Origin: Nitrosopumilus maritimus SCM1
GTDB lineage: Archaea > Thermoproteota > Nitrososphaeria > Nitrososphaerales > Nitrosopumilaceae
Assembly (NCBI RefSeq): GCF_000018465.1
Contig: NC_010085.1
Coordinates: 60,001-92,000 of the forward strand
Reading direction: 5' to 3'
DNA length: 32,000 bases
Both the position numbers and the translations under genes were made by a program. The notes beneath the pieces are model-generated. The model searched no databases. It was not told where the DNA came from and saw only the letters and a program-made list of their open reading frames with translations. Of the stretch, positions 28,308 to 32,000 are shown piece after piece. How positions within the stretch are numbered: the stretch's first letter is position 1; each line of letters opens with the position of its first letter.

Positions 28308-30212
28308 CTAATTATTTTCTAATTTATTTTTGATATTTTTTAAAAGAAGTTTGTTAATTATTTCGCCCGATGCTTTTCCTCTCAATTCTTTCATAGCAAT
28401 TCCCATTAGAGGTCCAATTGCTCTTTCTTTTTGATTTTCTACAATTTTTTGATTCTTTTCAACAATTTCTTTACAAATACTCTCTAATTCCGATTCATCT
28501 ATAGTCTCAATAGAGGTGTTATTCATTGCCTTCTCTATTGTATGGGATTTTCCATTCATAATGTTCTCAAAAATAATTTCAACTGATTCTTTGGCAATTT
28601 TTCCTTCTTCTAAAAATTGAAATGTTTTTGTTATTTCTTCATTTTTCAACAATTTTGAATCCAATCCATTTCTTTCTAAATTTGTAATGGTTGAACATAA
28701 TATTGATGCAACAAACGTTGGATTAACTTTAGTTTTTTCAGTTATCTTTTCAAATAATTCAAAATAGTTTGAATCAAAGAGTTGTTCTGATAATTGGAGA
28801 TTGAGTTGATATTCTGTTTGAAGATCTTTTATTGAATCATCCCATGACTTTGGAATGTTGTTTATTGCATTATCTAATTCTGTTTTTGAAATTATTATTG
28901 GGGGAATGTCTGTTTCTGGATACATTCTTGCTGCACCTGGTCTTGGTCTAAGAAATTTAGTCTCGCCACTTTGGGTTGCTAATCGTGTATCTATTGGAAT
29001 TCCTTCATTTCGAATGTATTCTATTCTCAAAATTATTTGATCTATGACTACATTGATTTTTTCTTCTGGTGCTGCTAAAACCAAAAATCCATCATTATCG
29101 TTGATTTCTAATGTTTTTTTCAAATCATCAATATCTGTATTTTCAACACCATAATTTGGTAATTCATCAGAATGAAAAACCCCTCCTATTCCAAAAAATC
29201 TGACTAGTTCTGCTACCTCTTTTCCTAATCGAATTCCTTCATGAGGAGCATATCCAAACATGCCTGACATGTTTCTAAAAGAAATTCCAACTATCTTCTG
29301 ATTTTTCTTTATGGCATTTTGAATAATTTTTGATTTACATTTTTTGAATAACTCTGTAACATCCTTTCTGTCATTATCACTATGAGTCCAATCAATTTCT
29401 TGTAATTTTTTTGAGATTTTTAATAGTCCGTGTTGTCTTTTAGCCTCATATTCTACTACTTTTTCTAATTGATCGAGTTGCTGAACTCCTTTAACCTCAA
29501 TTACCGCATTTCCATCTTTAATTGAAACATTAACATCTTGTCTGATTGAACCTAATCCTCTTTTCACTTTTTTAGTACTTCTTAAAATTCTCCCTAATGA
29601 TAATGCAATTTTTTTAATTTCATGTGGGTTTACTTCAAATGGTTCAGTAGCAATTTCAACTAAAGGAATTCCTAAACGTTCTAATCCATATTTTTTAATT
29701 GCCCCATCTTCTCCTAAAATTTTTGCTGCATCTTCTTCAAGACAAATAGATTGAATTCCAATCTCCTTGTCTTCAACATTAAAAGAACCTCCTTGCGAAA
29801 TTAACATTGTACGTTGAAATCCAGTAGTATTTGATCCATCCACAACTGTTTTTCTCATTGGATAAATTTCTCTAAACACATCTGATTTTAGAGCAGATGC
29901 AATAACCAGGGAAATTTTCTTTGCATCAACATCTAATTCATGTGGTGGTTCTTCATCTTGTTCAACTAAACAACTACTTTCTGGATTTGCAAAATACATT
30001 ATTGTTTTTGATTTTGATTTTTCAAATAATGCAGCAGGATCATATTCCCCTAATTCACTTTTTGCAGCACGTAGTTTTCTTTGAAATTTAATAGAATATT
30101 CATCCGTATCAATTGGTGTACAATTACAAAATAATTTTTTATTTGTAGCTAGTTGCTGATGAATTTCAAGTCCTACTTTTACACCTAATTCGTTTATTGA
30201 AAACTCTGACAT
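28308..30212 (-). CDS. gatE: Archaeal glutamyl-tRNA(Gln) amidotransferase subunit E
   Basis: GVKVGLEIHQQLATNKKLFCNC, RAAKSELGEYDPAA, GLGSIRQDVNVSI, RFLRPRPGAARMYPETDIPP; 634 aa; paired with gatD. Confidence 0.97.
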   Translation of the reverse strand: MSEFSINELGVKVGLEIHQQLATNKKLFCNCTPIDTDEYSIKFQRKLRAAKSELGEYDPAALFEKSKSKTIMYFANPESSCLVEQDEEPPHELDVDAKKISLVIASALKSDVFREIYPMRKTVVDGSNTTGFQRTMLISQGGSFNVEDKEIGIQSICLEEDAAKILGEDGAIKKYGLERLGIPLVEIATEPFEVNPHEIKKIALSLGRILRSTKKVKRGLGSIRQDVNVSIKDGNAVIEVKGVQQLDQLEKVVEYEAKRQHGLLKISKKLQEIDWTHSDNDRKDVTELFKKCKSKIIQNAIKKNQKIVGISFRNMSGMFGYAPHEGIRLGKEVAELVRFFGIGGVFHSDELPNYGVENTDIDDLKKTLEINDNDGFLVLAAPEEKINVVIDQIILRIEYIRNEGIPIDTRLATQSGETKFLRPRPGAARMYPETDIPPIIISKTELDNAINNIPKSWDDSIKDLQTEYQLNLQLSEQLFDSNYFELFEKITEKTKVNPTFVASILCSTITNLERNGLDSKLLKNEEITKTFQFLEEGKIAKESVEIIFENIMNGKSHTIEKAMNNTSIETIDESELESICKEIVEKNQKIVENQKERAIGPLMGIAMKELRGKASGEIINKLLLKNIKNKLENN

Positions 30213-30220
30213 TTTTTCTC

Positions 30221-31510
30221 CTAAATTGACATTTCAGATGCAATATTATCAAGCATAATTTCTTTTACTTCCTCAATATTCTGAGTATTTCCTAATGCCC
30301 ACATTGCTTTTACTAGAGCAACTTCTGGAAGCATATTCTCTAAAGGAATTATGCCTAAATTTAGAAGATCTCTGCCACTTTCATAGACGGTCATTCTTAC
30401 CCTTCCATCAATACACTGTGATGTCATGCCTAGAAATATCCCTTTTTCACTAGCTTTTTTTACAGAATCATACATGACCCTTCCAATATGTCCTAATCCT
30501 GTACCTTCAAAGATTATTCCTTTGTATCCGTTGTCAATAATTTGTTCAACTAATTTTGGATCATATCCTGGATAGTATTTTACTAATGCAATTTTTGTAT
30601 CTAGATTAATTTTTGGTTGGAATTTTTGAACTTTATAGAACTCTTTTGAAATATTTTTTTGAATTTTTTCTTCTGCAATTATGAAAGCAGGATCATCTCC
30701 TACTGTTTGAAATGCTCCTCGTTTACTTGTATGATTTTTCCTAACTCTTGTTCCAATGTGACATGCAACGGTATTGTCATTTTCATCATTGTGCATAACA
30801 ATGTACACTCCTTTTGTTTTGCTTTCGGTAATGAATTTAGTGGCACCAATTAGATTTAATGCTGCATCTGATGATGCTCTATCCGATGATCTTTGTGAAC
30901 CAACTAAAACAATTGGAACTGGAAATCCTGCGAGTGCAAATGAAAGAAATGATGATGTATAATGCATTGTGTCTGTTCCATGAGCAATGATAATTCCTGA
31001 ATAGTCTGAATTTGAATAACTACTAATTTTATTAGCTATCTCTAACCAATTTTCTGGCATAATGTTTTCAGAATATTCTGATAACAAAACTTCTGCATCA
31101 ATATTTGCAATTTTAGAAAGCTCTGGAACTGATGAATTCAATTCTTCTGCAGTTAGCACTGGAGTAACTGCTCCTGTTCTATAGTCTACTTTACTTGCAA
31201 TCGTACCTCCTGTTGAAAGTAACAATACTTTTGGTAATCCGTCTATTTTGCTGATTTTTTCAAGTTCATCAATATTTTTTTCTGATGATTGAATTTTTTC
31301 AATACTCTCAATTTTTGCAATTTCTAATCCCACATTATACCCACTCTTTAACTTCAGAACAATGTGTTTGTCGTCACTATGCTCATATCGAGGCATAATT
31401 ATGCCTGAATATGTAATATCTGAGAGGATTTTGACTGAATCTCCAACAACTACTTGATTGCTCTTTAGAAATTCTAACGAATTGCCTTCATATCCTCTAT
31501 ATTCTGACAT
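30221..31510 (-). CDS. gatD: Archaeal glutamyl-tRNA(Gln) amidotransferase subunit D
   Basis: Asparaginase-like LLSTGGTIASKVDYRTGAV, IIAHGTDTMHYT, VLVGSQRSSDRASSDAALNL; directly upstream of gatE. Confidence 0.97.
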   Translation of the reverse strand: MSEYRGYEGNSLEFLKSNQVVVGDSVKILSDITYSGIIMPRYEHSDDKHIVLKLKSGYNVGLEIAKIESIEKIQSSEKNIDELEKISKIDGLPKVLLLSTGGTIASKVDYRTGAVTPVLTAEELNSSVPELSKIANIDAEVLLSEYSENIMPENWLEIANKISSYSNSDYSGIIIAHGTDTMHYTSSFLSFALAGFPVPIVLVGSQRSSDRASSDAALNLIGATKFITESKTKGVYIVMHNDENDNTVACHIGTRVRKNHTSKRGAFQTVGDDPAFIIAEEKIQKNISKEFYKVQKFQPKINLDTKIALVKYYPGYDPKLVEQIIDNGYKGIIFEGTGLGHIGRVMYDSVKKASEKGIFLGMTSQCIDGRVRMTVYESGRDLLNLGIIPLENMLPEVALVKAMWALGNTQNIEEVKEIMLDNIASEMSI

Positions 31511-31542
31511 TTACGAGAATTAGATTTGCTATTTAATTAAAA

Positions 31543-32000
31543 CTACCTGTAATAGGAAGCAACTAGCTTTTCACCCATCTTGAGGTCTTTTTGTTCTCTT
31601 ACTTTCTTTACTGCTTCTTCAAAGTGTTTCATTGTTACTTTGGCTTCTATGCTGCTCTTTTCAACATCTTTTACATCTGGATGTTTGTCTAGGAATTCAT
31701 GAATTACTAATGAAACTGCTGTATTTGCAATAGATGAAGTATCTGCACCACTCATTCCATCTGTAATTTCTGCAATCTTTTCCATATCTACATCATCACC
31801 CATAGGAATTTTTTCAGCATTAATTTCAAGAATACGTTTTCTACTATCTTTATCTGGATTTGGTACTTGAATAATTTTATCAAATCTTCCTGGTCTTAAC
31901 AATGCTGGATCAATCATGTCTGCTCTGTTTGTTGCAGCTAGAACAACAACTCCATGCATGTTTTCCATTCCATCTAACTCTGTAAGTAATTGGCTGACAA
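31543..32000 (-). CDS. CDC48/VCP-like AAA ATPase, C-terminal part; 5' end lies beyond the window
   Basis: Reading frame is open to the window edge: VSQLLTELDGMENMHGVVVLAATNRADMIDPALLRPGRFDKIIQVPNPD... Confidence 0.9.
   Translation of the reverse strand, partial: VSQLLTELDGMENMHGVVVLAATNRADMIDPALLRPGRFDKIIQVPNPDKDSRKRILEINAEKIPMGDDVDMEKIAEITDGMSGADTSSIANTAVSLVIHEFLDKHPDVKDVEKSSIEAKVTMKHFEEAVKKVREQKDLKMGEKLVASYYR

Overview
This 32 kb window looks like dense, AT-rich archaeal core chromosome, most consistent with an ammonia-oxidising thaumarchaeote (Nitrosopumilus-like). That lineage call is inferred from gene content and protein character, not from a search. Supported genes, in order: translation and RNP genes (S6e, aIF2-gamma, a PIN-domain protein, PEBP, STT3/AglB, Nop10, aIF2-alpha); a cobalamin block (cobO, cbiA, cbiC, cbiX, cbiG, cbiD); an SDR epimerase, a bacterial-type MetK and an Sm-like protein; a RadB-like ATPase, an Lhr-type helicase and an RPA-like protein; an ABC exporter; two NAD-binding proteins and a DUF354-type protein; tRNA-Gln(TTG); grpE-dnaK-dnaJ; a deoxyribonucleotidase-like HAD protein; tRNA-Leu(CAG); gatE and gatD; and a CDC48/VCP-like AAA ATPase cut by the window edge. 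Three small ORFs absent from the supplied ORF track can be read: Nop10 (4864..5019, confident), a 39-aa single-TM candidate (14516..14635), and a 56-aa CxxC protein (27986..28156). I see no CRISPR array, prophage, transposon, or convincing new defence or mobile system. The best second-look items are a two-domain CbiX whose N-terminal half lacks the expected metal-binding histidines, perfect internal repeats in dnaK and dnaJ, the poorly characterised NAD-binding/DUF354 neighbourhood, and the small ORFs.
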